A DNA stretch of 64,000 bases. Origin: Felis catus (taxonomy: Eukaryota). Numbering within the stretch: the first letter of the stretch is position 1; every line of letters starts with the position of its first letter. Shown one piece after another: positions 13,114-24,092 of this stretch. The DNA is taken from positions 186,436,001-186,500,000 of the forward strand of contig NC_058368.1 of assembly GCF_018350175.1 (NCBI RefSeq), read 5' to 3'. Both the position numbers and the translations under genes were made by a program. The notes beneath the pieces are model-generated. The model did no database searches. It had not been told where the DNA came from and was given only the letters and a program-made list of their open reading frames with translations.

Positions 13114-14986
13114 GTGGTGGAAACAATACATCCTGTGTCACTCTGGCATCAGCAATGTCCTTATCTTCAAGATAGAAATTTATGGACCACTATGTTTAAT
13201 GCCATAATGCTAAAAATAAGAGTTTTATTAAAAGTAACATAGGAATCTAGGTCTGTTAATACACTTTTAACAAAAATTTTAAAAGAAGAAGAAAGTTAAT
13301 CCAATGACAAGTGAAGTATTAGGAAGGTTACAGCTGAGTCATCCTGATTACAACAATATACATACATACAGAGTTTCAGAAACCTTAAAATTAGAACCTA
13401 CTGGCTCAGCTAACACTGCCTGAATTTGTTTCACCTGTGGAAATTTTCTAGCCCTGATTTTATTTTAATCTACAATTTGAAAGCTCTAAGGCTAAAGTAT
13501 GAACAATGCTTTATTTCCCTATTTCTAAGTAAAAGTGAAACCCAAGTGACTTTTAGAAACGATTTCTGAGAACAGGAGTAGAAACAGAACTAAATGCATT
13601 AAATATAGATCATTCTAACCAGAAAGGTCAAAGGACACACACAAAAAGAGGGTTTACATTTAACAGATGAAGAACACGGGAAGAAGATTTATCAGAAAGA
13701 GTATTGCAACAAATTAGATTCTACAGTTGGAGTTATCGTATTTTGAATGAAAGAAGAAAATTAATATTTGGAGTGAAGATTTGCAGCCTCTTTTTTTATA
13801 TATGTTCACTTCATTTTTTTAAATGAATGTTTGATTAAAGCAAGGAAACTTGTGATCCAACCCAGAGACCTTTCTTGACGAGGACGTGGAATGACTTATC
13901 TTTCTTGGAGAATTTCCCAAAGAAGAAAATGCCAGGGGAATTTAAAGCAAGGAGCTAGGTCAGCCGATTTTTCCTTCTTTCTGTAGGCTCCTTATGATTA
14001 GGATTTCTAATAGATGTTTCTACCTCCAATTCACTGACTATAAGAAAATTGCCTCATGAAATAAACAGATTCAAACCTTCATGAAACTACTACTAGGGTT
14101 TATATAGCCACTAAAAGTGGTGATTTGTAGAAAACCAGATTGAAATGGTTTTCATTAACAGGTGGAAATCACATCAATGATACTCTGTCATATGCTTCAG
14201 CATCACAATTCTGAATCTGAGCAGGCTGAGAGTGTTGAAATTGGCCTTACCTTCTTTAAGCTTTCTATTTGTGACACTGTGTGCCATATGAACCACATAA
14301 ATATAATGACAATTAAAACTAACACATGCCTCTTAGAATACCTGACAATGGTGTCAATAAGTTCATTGATAGTATAGTTATAAAAATGTGTAACAAATAA
14401 TGAAATGGGAAGAGAGGGTCAGAAATATTTGAATGTAACTAACATTTAGTAAGCAGAATATATCTGAGGGAACTCTGCCAGCAATGATGAAAACCAAAGA
14501 TGAATGAAACCCAATCCCTAAACATGATAGCATAAAAGGCAAACAGCTGGATCCCCTCCTTCCTTTCTGTTATAATGGAGAAAGCACCCTCCTGAAATAC
14601 ACTGATCTTAAGTGAGTTATTCAGTAAATTTTAGAAAATAAATATACACATAAAATCTAAATCCCAGCAAAATATATGGCATTTTCATCACCTCAGAAAA
14701 GTTCCTCGTGCCCCTTACTAGTTAGTACCATGTATTTCACTCTCAGAGACAACTCCTGTTGTGATTATTTTTTCACCAAGATTAATTTTGCCTGTTTTAG
14801 AATTTCTGATAAATGAAATAGTATGGCATGTACTCTTTGGGATAAGCCTTTTATTCAGCATATTAGTTTTGAGATTCATCCATGCTTTTGCATATATCAG
14901 TTCCTTTCTTTTTAATGCTGAATAGTATACTATCATATACTTATGCCAGTTTTGAGCAAGCAGGTGCTGTGTGTGTGGGTGTGGGT

Positions 14987-14991
14987 GAGAA

Positions 14992-15050
<59 letters not shown>
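14987..15050. repeat. (GA)n microsatellite; pure (GA)25 at 15001-15050
   Basis: Directly visible. Confidence 0.98.
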
Positions 15051-15055
<5 letters not shown>

Positions 15056-16180
15056 TTATTCCCCTCTTGATGGATACCTAGTTTTTGGGTTTTGGCACTG
15101 TGAATAAAGATGCCATGAACATTCTTGCACAAGTCTTTTTGTGGAAAATATGATCATTTATCTTGGGTAACATCCAGAAGCAGAATTATTGTATACGGGA
15201 GGCCTTTGTTTAGTTTTATATGATTACCATACATTTGTCCAAAGTAGTGGTAGCATTTTAATCTCATATTGTAAGGTATGAGAGTTCTGGATGTTCCAAA
15301 TGTTCACCGACATTTGGAGTTGTCCATCTTTTTTAACTTTAGCCATTCTTGTGGATGTAGTAGCATCTCAGATGTTTAATTTAAAATTTTCTGATAACAA
15401 TGTTGAGCATATTCATGTGCTTATTGGCAATTCATATATTCATATCTTTGGTCTACTTTTAACTCAGTTATCTTTTTATTACTAAGTTTTTGGAGGTCTT
15501 TCTATATTCCAGATATAAGTGTTTTTTCAGATATATATTTTGTCAATACGTTCTTCCAATATGTAGCTTGCTTTATTATTTTCATAACTGGTTTTGCTGA
15601 ATTTTTGAATATTTAAGGATTTCTGGGATTTTTTGTTGTTACTGATTTCTAATTCAATTCCATTATTGTTAGATAATATATTCATTAGAATTTCAGTGGA
15701 TGTACCATGCACATTTGAAAAGAATGTGTATCCTGAAGTTCTTGGGTTTAGAGTTCTATACATGCAAATTAAGTCAAAGTGTTACATAGTGTTCAGATCT
15801 ACTTGCCTTTACTGATTCTTTTGACTCATTATTTTTTCAATTACTGAGCAGGAATGTTAAATCTCCAAATACATTTGTCTATTTATCACTTTTAATTCTG
15901 TTAAATTTTACTTCACATATTTTGATACTTTGTTATTTTATGTGCATACATATTAGGAGTTTTATGTCTTGCCAATGAATTGACCCTTATATTACTTAAA
16001 AATGTCTTGCTTCATTGATGGTAATGCACTGTAATGAGGTCTACTTTATATGATATCAATACGGATAGTCACACCTTCTTGTGATTAGTGTTTGCAAAGT
16101 ATATCTTTTTCCATCCTTTTACTTTCAACTGACTGTGTCTTCATAATTACCATGTAATCCTTATAGAAAGCAAAAGGTTT

Positions 16181-16383
16181 GGGGTACCTTGGTGGTGCAG
16201 TTGGTTAAGCGCCCCACTCTTGATCTCAGCTCAGGTCATGATCTCATGGTTTGTGAATTCAAGCCCTGCATTGGGCTCTATGCTGATGGTGTGGGGCCTG
16301 CTTAGGATTCTGTCTCTCCTCTCTGCCCCTCCCTGCTTGTGCATGCTCTTTCTCTCTCTCAAAATAAATAAACATTAAAAAAA
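16181..16383 (+). mobile_element. CAN-SINE
   Basis: GGGGTACCTTGGTGG head to AATAAACATTAAAA tail; TSD-like AGAAAGCA(A/T)AAAG. Confidence 0.95.
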
Positions 16384-16568
16384 GAAAGCATAAAGTGCTG
16401 TCTTATTTTTTAAATTCAGTCAGATGATCTTGTCTTTAATAGGCAGGCTCAGTCCAACCACATTTTTTTTCCTGTCTATCTTTATTTTTGTCAATCTCAT
16501 AGGTGTAAAACAGAATCTCATAGTGGTTTTAATTTCTATTTCTTTAATTAATAATGAAGATAAGTATC

Positions 16569-16950
16569 TGTATTAGTTTCCTAGGGCTGCCATAACAAAG
16601 TGTCACAGACTGGTTGGCTTAAACAACAGAAATTTATTTCCTCACAGTTCTGGAGATTACAAGTCCAAGATTAAGGTGTTGTCAGGGTTGGTTTCTTCTG
16701 AGAGCCTCTCTCCTTGATTGTAGATGGCCATCTTTTTCTGGTGTCTTCACACGGTCTTCCCTTGGTGCCTGTTTGTGTCCTAACTTCCTCTCATAAGGAC
16801 ACCAGTTACACTGGATTAGAGCCCACCCATTATGACCTCATTTTACCTTAATAACCTCTCTAAAAGTCCTATCTCCAATCACATTCTGAGGTAATAATGA
16901 TTATGACTTCAACATATGAATTTTAGGAGGACAAAATTCAATCCATAACA
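16569..16950 (-). mobile_element. Complete ERVL-MaLR solo LTR, MLT1B-like
   Basis: TG...CA termini (TGTATTAGTTTCCTAGGGCTGCCATAACAAAG ... AATTCAATCCATAACA) with MLT1 internal motifs. Confidence 0.9.
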
Positions 16951-17042
16951 GCATATTTTTATATGGTATATCTACTTACATATTTTATCCTGTGGGTGGT
17001 CCATCTACATTTAATGTAATTATTGATATGGTTGAATTTTCT

Positions 17043-17273
17043 TTTTTTTTTTTTAATTTTTTTTCAACGTTTTTTTTAATTTATTTTTGGGACAGAGAGA
17101 GACAGAGCATGAACGGGGGAGGGGCAGAGAGAGAGGGAGACACAGAATCGGAAACAGGCTCCAGGCTCCGAGCCATCAGCCCAGAGCCTGACGCAGGGCT
17201 CGAACTCACCGACCGCGAGATTGTGACCTGGCTGAAGTCGGACGCTTAACCGACTGCACCACCCAGGCGCCCC
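17043..17273 (-). mobile_element. Young felid CAN-SINE (SINEC_Fc-type)
   Basis: CpG-rich body; perfect 16-bp TSD TATGGTTGAATTTTCT at 17027-17042 and 17274-17289. Confidence 0.97.
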
Positions 17274-17797
17274 TATGGTTGAATTTTCTATTTGTTTTCT
17301 GCTTGTCCTTTTGTTTTTCTCCCTCTGTCCCTCCTTTCATCCCTTCTTTTGGTTTGCAAACCTTCTAAAATTCTATAACAATCTCTCTATTGGCTTTTCA
17401 GCTAATCCTCTTTTCATTATCATTTTCTAGTGCTTTTTCTAGATATTAAAATTTATATCTTTAACATTTCACAATATAATTAGAGTTAATACTGTACCAG
17501 TTTATGTAAAATGAAAGATCTGTGAATCATACAACTTTATTCCCCAGTTTTATGATTGTTGTCCTATACATTACGTCTAAATATGTTATATAGCCCACAA
17601 TACAATGTTATGCTTTCATTTTAAACAACATCTAAATTTTAAGCAATTAGGAGAAATATAGAATATAGTGCTTTGTACTTATTTAATATTTACAATCATC
17701 TTTACTCTTCTGCACATTCAAGTTTAATCTAAGATTATTTATCTTCAACCAGAATTATTTCTTTAGCATTTTTTCTCAGGCAAGTCTACAGCGAACA

Positions 17798-17897
17798 AAT
17801 ACACATACATATATACATATATATATGATATATATATGATATATATATATCATATATATATACACACATATATATTATATACGAGTATACATATATA
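17798..17897. repeat. Interrupted (TA)n low-complexity repeat
   Basis: Directly visible. Confidence 0.9.
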
Positions 17898-18088
17898 TTT
17901 ATCCTAATATGCAGTTACTTCTTCATTCTGGAGTGATATTTTTCTTGGCTATAAATTTCTGGGTGATAAATTTTAATTCTCTCAGCGCTCTAAATAAATT
18001 GTTCCTCTGTCTTCTTAACATCCTTGTTTCTGATAAGACTTCAGCAATAACTTATATCACTGTTATTCTTGTATATACTGTGTTATTT

Positions 18089-18313
18089 AATTTTTTTTAA
18101 TGTTTATTTATTTTTGAGAGAGAGAGAGACAGACAGACAGACAGAGTGTGAGCTGGGGAGGCGCAGAGAGAGAGAGAGACACAGAATCTGAAACAGGCTC
18201 CAGGCTCCCAGCTGTCAGCACAGAGCCCCACGCAGGGCTCGAACTCATGAATCGAGAAATCATGCCCTGAGCCAAAGTCAGATGCTCAACGTACTGAGTC
18301 ACCCAGGAGCCCC
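18089..18313 (-). mobile_element. CAN-SINE
   Basis: Antisense SINE body ending CACCCAGGAGCCCC; degenerate TSD. Confidence 0.95.
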
Positions 18314-18849
18314 TATATGTGCTATTTTTGTCTGTACTTTAAAGATTTTCTCTTTCTCTTTGTTTTTCAGTATTTCAACAATGATGTGTCAAATGTGGCT
18401 TTTGTTAGTTATCCTTCTTGAAATTTGCCAAGCTTTTTGAAACATATAATTTCTGTCTTTCAATGACTTTAGGAGAGATTTTTTTCTGTCCCATTCTCTC
18501 TCTTCTCTCCAAGGGTCTAAGACACATATGTTAGACATTTATGTGATTCTTCACAAATCTCTGAGTCCCTGCTTATACATTTTCAATGTTTTTCCCTTTT
18601 GTTTCTCAACTTGAATAATGATTATTGACCTATCTTCACTGACTCCTTTTGTCCTCTTAAATATGCTGTTAAGTGTATCCAGTGATTTTTTTCACTTGCG
18701 ACATTGTATATTTTAGTCTTCAAATTTCCCTTTGATTCTTTTTATAGTGTCTGTCTTTCTTATGAGACTTGCTATCTTTTTACTCTTTATGTTCTTACTT
18801 TCCTTTACATGTATAGTTTATAATACCTTGAAATGTTTGCTAATTGCAC

Positions 18850-19057
18850 AGGTGCCTGGGTGTCTCAGTCAGTTAAGTGACTGACTTTTGATCTTGGCTC
18901 AGGTCATGATCTCACGGTTCCTGAGTTCGAGCCCCCCATCGGGCTCTGCATGGACAGTGCACAGCCTGCTTGTGATTTTCCGTCTTCCTCTCTCTGCCCC
19001 TCCTCTGCTTGCTCTCAATCTCTCTTTCTCAAAATAAATAAACATTAAAAAAATTTT
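18850..19057 (+). mobile_element. CAN-SINE
   Basis: 18-bp TSD AAATGTTTGCTAATTGCA at 18831-18848 and 19058-19075. Confidence 0.95.
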
Positions 19058-19429
19058 AAATGTTTGCTAATTGCAAATTCTGGGTCATCTTGGATCAGTC
19101 TCCCGTGATTGTCTTTTTTGTTGAGTATGGGTCATGTTTTCCAGTTTCTTCATATATTGTACATTGGATTATATCCCAAATACTGTCAATGATTTGCTGT
19201 AGAGGCTCCATATTCTATTATGCTCTTCTCAAAAGTGTTTATCTGTTTATTAGGCTGCTAAGTTGCTGAACTCAAACTCCATGCACTGTCCCCTATCTCT
19301 GAAATCTCTATTCAATTATTTTAGCCTAGCTAATAAGCTTGGAGTTCATCCTGCACATGTATACTTCATGGGGAGCGAGGTAGTTGGCTGAAGTTTATAT
19401 GTTGTACAGGATAATAAATAGACTAAATC

Positions 19430-19645
19430 ACACCTGAGGCACTAGAGTCAAGCAGACCATAATTCAAATTTCTCCTCTGTGTGTTTTCTGTTATTTGATC
19501 TTGAGAAAGTCACTCCATGTCTCTGAATTAGGTTTTCTCCACCTTAAAATGAAGAGAATAATAGCTGCTTCCCAAGCTTGAGTTAGAGATTGAGTTAATT
19601 AGCTTGTACTTGGCACATTAGCATGTGAAGGCCCTCATTATTATT
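19430..19645 (+). mobile_element. MIR
   Basis: TGATCTTGAGAAAGTCACT...TCTCTGAA...TAAAATGAAGAGAATAATAG, MIR core-like. Confidence 0.55.
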
Positions 19646-19859
19646 TGAAGTGAGAAAAGTTTCATGAGAAGAGTGTAGTGTTAAGGGGTTCAAAGGGGGA
19701 AGCAATAATTTTCATTTGGAAGGGAGACTTTTGGAGGGATTTAGTATTTGAGGTATGCTTTGAGGGATAAAAGTTGTTTAATTCACAGTATTTGGTTCCA
19801 GTGTTTCACATTTACATATGGTGTCCCTATTTACCTCCATACTTACATATATTTACATT

Positions 19860-20150
19860 TATATTTTCTATAGATGAAACTATAGATGTCTATATTTTGG
19901 TATCCATACAGCTGTCTTTATATATGCACATACATATATGTATACATACAGAACTATAGATATAGATAGCATACATATAGATGTATATGTATATGCATAT
20001 ATGTATATACAGAAAATCTATAGATAGAAGTGCAGATGTGAATATGGCTTAGATATATCTATGGATATATGGATATTTATTTCAATATCTAGAAAACACA
20101 TACACACATACAAACACACATATAAGAATATACACAAAGAATCAAAATGT
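19860..20150. repeat. Degenerate TA/CATA/TAGA simple-repeat region
   Basis: Directly visible low complexity. Confidence 0.75.
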
Positions 20151-20563
20151 CATTTTAAAATAGGTCAAGAACGAAGTCAAAAGTCCTTGAATACTAAGAC
20201 TTTTGAAAAGCTAGAGATGAGGAAAATCATGAAATGTATGAGTTCAAAGCACTTACCAGAATTATTATACTCCCTCTGTCAGAGATATGCTAAAATCAGA
20301 ATTAGCATCATGTCTGACACTTGAAATTTGGATACAAACTTCCTTATTCAAGAGAATTACAAAATGTGTGCTCCAGAGCTGAGTTTTTGTTATCTCTAGA
20401 GCTAATCTGGTTGTGGTTTCATGTGATGTTTGAAATTCTACTAAGGTTACAAAAGGAATGGGTTACATAAAATATTCAGGACTTCCTCCTCTGACATGTC
20501 AGACTAAACTTTGACAAGGGTCTTGATGGTCTGGTATACTAATATGAGATATATTTGATTGAA

Positions 20564-20736
20564 GTGTCTCAGTTGGTTAAGTGTCCAACTCTTGATATTG
20601 GCTGCGGTCATGATCTCCCAGTTGTGAGCTTGAGCCCTACTTGGGATTCTCTCTCTCTCCCTCTCTCTCTCTGCCCCTCCCCCCTGGTCCCCCCCCTTTC
20701 TTTCTCAAAACAAACAAACAAACAAACATTAAAAAA
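20564..20736 (+). mobile_element. 5'-truncated CAN-SINE
   Basis: CTCAGTTGGTTAAGTGTCCAACTCTTGAT...(CT)n...(CAAA)n AACATTAAAA; the GGGGCGCCTGG head is missing. Confidence 0.9.
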
Positions 20737-21699
20737 TATACAACTGATCATTTTAAGTCAATGAGACCCAATGATAGGGAAACTACTATCCTAGAGCTCT
20801 GAGTTCTGGTCCTGGTTCAGCTACTTGTGGTGCCAATCTACCAAGCAAAGCAATGTCCTTTGCTCATACCCTCCTGGTTAAAACTGAGGAAGGTGGGACC
20901 ACAAAACATCTCATTTCCCTTACAGATGGCACTTACAAAAATGAATTTGTGAACAGTCAGCAAAACGAATAGGTGCTATCATGCTGAAATTTACCTACAA
21001 TAATATAGCACAATATAGCACAAAAATATAATATTTCAGGATATTTTTATTTGCACCACTTTCAATAACAGAAGGCTAAAAATTACTTGTAGCCACATAA
21101 TTTTTAAAATAATGTGTAATTATAAAAAGAAATATTAAGTCAAACTTATTCTTGATTAGTGATCAATGACTGTTAAAATAGAACTTGAAAATTATAATCA
21201 ATAATGAGGAGCAAACTGTTGTTTTGAATTTGAAAGAAATCTGAAATTGTTCACATGGAAACCATTGTATACTTTCAAAAATACAATTTCTCAAATATAT
21301 AATGCATTTGCTTTTACACATAGGTCCGATTTTTTTTGACAATTTAGCTTTGTTTCTTCTTGATAATCTCTAACTTTGGGAAATTTCAAAAAGATACTTA
21401 AGGATAATAAATAAAATATTTTCATTTGGGTCTAGGATTTGGTCTGAATTACTTTAACTGTGATCATCTTGCAATCTAAGCCAGAGTTGTTCTACTATTT
21501 TTATGGCGGTATTAATCAGTTCTAAAAATATAACTGATTACAATGAAGAGTGATTGAAAATGTTATCAATGATCCTGATTGCAAAATAAAATTGCAGATT
21601 GTTTGCAGAGCTGAGTTTAACAAAAGGATTCTCTCTAATGTGGCAGGAATGATCACTACCTCTATAGACCTCCCTCCTGCTGCTGTCGCTGGATAATAA

Positions 21700-21905
21700 T
21701 TCTTGGCTCTGGGATTCTCATCCCAGAATTTGTCATTACCTAGTTATTTGACCTCGAGCATGTCAACTATTAACTTTCCTGTGCCTCAACTGTCGTTGCT
21801 TGTCTTGTCTAAGTCACAGGTTTACTGCGAAGATACCACAAGTTACTACAAGTTACTTATGAAAATACTTTGTAAACCATAAAGCGTTATGGAAAAGTAT
21901 TTTTA
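21700..21905 (+). mobile_element. MIR
   Basis: TTACCTAGTTATTTGACCTCGAGCATGTC...CTGTGCCTCAACT. Confidence 0.55.
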
Positions 21906-22039
21906 TTTTCTTGGTTTGGCTTTTAAAAGATATTCCAAAGAAACAGTATCACAGACAAATCTTTTCTAGAACCACTAAGTCTAAGGGAGTTCACACAGAA
22001 ATACATATATTGCAAGCACTAATTCAAGTCCATTAAATA

Positions 22040-22670
22040 AGTTTAATGGTAAAGAGTTGGGCTCCAAAGTCAGAAAGAATTGTTCAAATCACAGTTCTGT
22101 CTTTTATTGCATCTTTCACCTTGAACAAATTAGAAAATTTACTTGAGCCTTCAACTTATCAGTAAAATGCAGGTATCTACTTGATAACTTATTAATTAGA
22201 ACAGGTTAAAACAGGTTATGCTTTGATAACAAAGAATTCCAAAATTTTAGTAGCATATAAAGTAGCAACAAAGGTTGGTTGGTTTATTTTCCCTCTCACT
22301 CATGCTATATGTCTTTTGTAGGTCAGTTGAGGCACTCCACTCCATTTCTTCTCACTCTGGAACCTTTGCTGTTAGAATAGCTGCCAGATAAAATTAGCTG
22401 ATCACTAAAGCAGAGGGAAAGTGAGAGCAGTGGTTGTGTGTCGATTTGGCTTTAACTGCTTATATTTCACCAGCCAAAGAAAGTCATATGGCCTCATACA
22501 ACTTCAAGGGGGCAGAAAATTGTAATCCTACCATAGCCTTGGAGGAGAATTAGAACTATTGGAAAGAGAGTCCTAATCATTGTTACAAACAGCTTGTTCT
22601 AAAATTACATATATGAATTACTTATCACAGTGACTGGCAAATATACTAAGGTTTCAATAATGTCTTATCA
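22040..22670 (+). mobile_element. MIR split by an MLT1 LTR
   Basis: 5' half GGTAAAGAGTTGGGCTCC...CTTGAACAAATT...GTAAAATG (22040-22185); 3' half CTTATCACAGTGACTGGCA...TCAATAA (22590-22670). Confidence 0.6.
22190..22588 (-). mobile_element. Old ERVL-MaLR LTR (MLT1K/L-like)
   Basis: AGGTTATGCT..TAACAAA...CAACAAAGGTT...AAGTCATATGGCC...AACTTCAAGGGGGCAG...TGTAATCCTACCAT. Confidence 0.7.
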
Positions 22671-23591
22671 TATCTCCATTAACTTATGTTTATACACAGA
22701 AATAATTTTGAGATTTCCATCATCTATACTTACAATGCCTTGACCCATGAAGCAAAAAACTGGAGAACCTATCAGAAATTTGAGTGCCTACGTTATTCTG
22801 TCATAAGGGATCATGATTTCTCCACCCCTCCCCTGCTTACTTACTAAAAACAACTGCAAGGAGAAATATTGTGACTTTGTGAAAGTATTACATGATATCG
22901 CAAAGCAGTTTGAGTTTCTAAGAAGTACCTGTGTGACACACATTGCATCTATTTTTTACTGAGAAATACCCCAGGGATATCATTCCTGATGCTTCAAAGA
23001 AGGGATAAAACTTACAAATAGATCTTGTTTTTTAAATGACTTTGTGGTTCTTTTCCTGGAAGCCGTCTGACTGTAACTTCCATTCTTCATGAGACTGTGA
23101 TTCAGGTTGACTCTCTGTGATCCCAAAAATATCCTAGCTTCTAATGCAGATGACAATTACAAATAAGCAAGTCAGAGGGAGGGGAAAAAATGAAAAAACA
23201 AAGGCGCTCACAGAGCAACTAACATAGTTCCTTGGTACATAGTATACACGCTGACAGTTTCTTCTAGTTAGATGGTCTGCACATTACCTCTTATTGAGTA
23301 CTACAGTTGTCCATTTTTCTGAAACCTATGCAAATTATTCAGGCTTTTTTCCACTTATGTGAAAATAAATATTCAGGCTCTGTATTTTTTATGTCTAATG
23401 TAAAGTTATCTGGTACAAATCAGTAATATTACATAAAAATAATGAATGTCTGAAACTATACTATAAGGTCCACAAGAGAAGAAATGAGTCATAGTTATTT
23501 GGAGGCAGCCACTCTCAGCCCTTGTCTCCCCTGCCCTATCCCCACAGCTCCAACACAAGCTCAAAACTGTTCATTAAAAAATGAATAATGA

Positions 23592-23769
23592 TGGGCGTCT
23601 GGGTGGCTCAGTCAGTTATGTTTCTTGCTTCGGCTTAGGTCACGATCTCCCAGTTTGTGAGTTTGAGCCCCACAGCACAGAGTCTGCTTCAGATCCTCTG
23701 TCTTCTTCTCTCTCTGCCCCTCCCCTGCTCACACTCTCTCTCTCTCAAAAATAAATATTTAAAAAAAAA
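23592..23769 (+). mobile_element. CAN-SINE (internally deleted)
   Basis: GGGCGTCTGGGTGGCTCAGTC head; TSD AAAAAATGAATAATG on both sides. Confidence 0.95.
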
Positions 23770-23924
23770 TGAATAATGGTATTTAATGCCAACTCAAGTA
23801 TTTGGGTTGCTATGTATCAAATTCTAGACAAGCTTCTTGAATATGGTACTTCAGAATGGGGTGGCATGAGTAGGTAGTATTCTTAACCACTTTAGAATTT
23901 GGAGTTATAAAAGAATGGCTGTCT

Positions 23925-24092
23925 GAGGGGAGGTGTTGGAGGATGGACTAAACAGATGATGGAGACTAAGGAGGGCACTTGTGATGAGCACCGGGTGCTG
24001 TATGGAAGTGCTGAATCACTATATTGTACACCTGGAAAAACATTTCACTGTATGTTAACTAACTGGATTTGAATAAAAACTAAAAAAAAAAA
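23925..24092 (+). mobile_element. 5'-truncated carnivore L1 (3' UTR only)
   Basis: GATGAGCACCGGGTGCTGTATGGAAGTGCTGAATCACTATATTGTACACCTG...AATAAAAACT followed by poly(A). Confidence 0.9.

Larger units (their letters stand above)
14625..19380 (-). mobile_element. Old LINE-1 (L1M-type) with a large internal deletion, interrupted by SINEs and MLT1B
   Basis: ORF 14718-14936 carries ORF2 C-terminal YYSALKRKEL..WMNLK; ORF 15527-15763 carries endonuclease YRTLNP..YTFFSNVHGT joined directly to C-terminal-region sequence near 15600. Confidence 0.8.
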
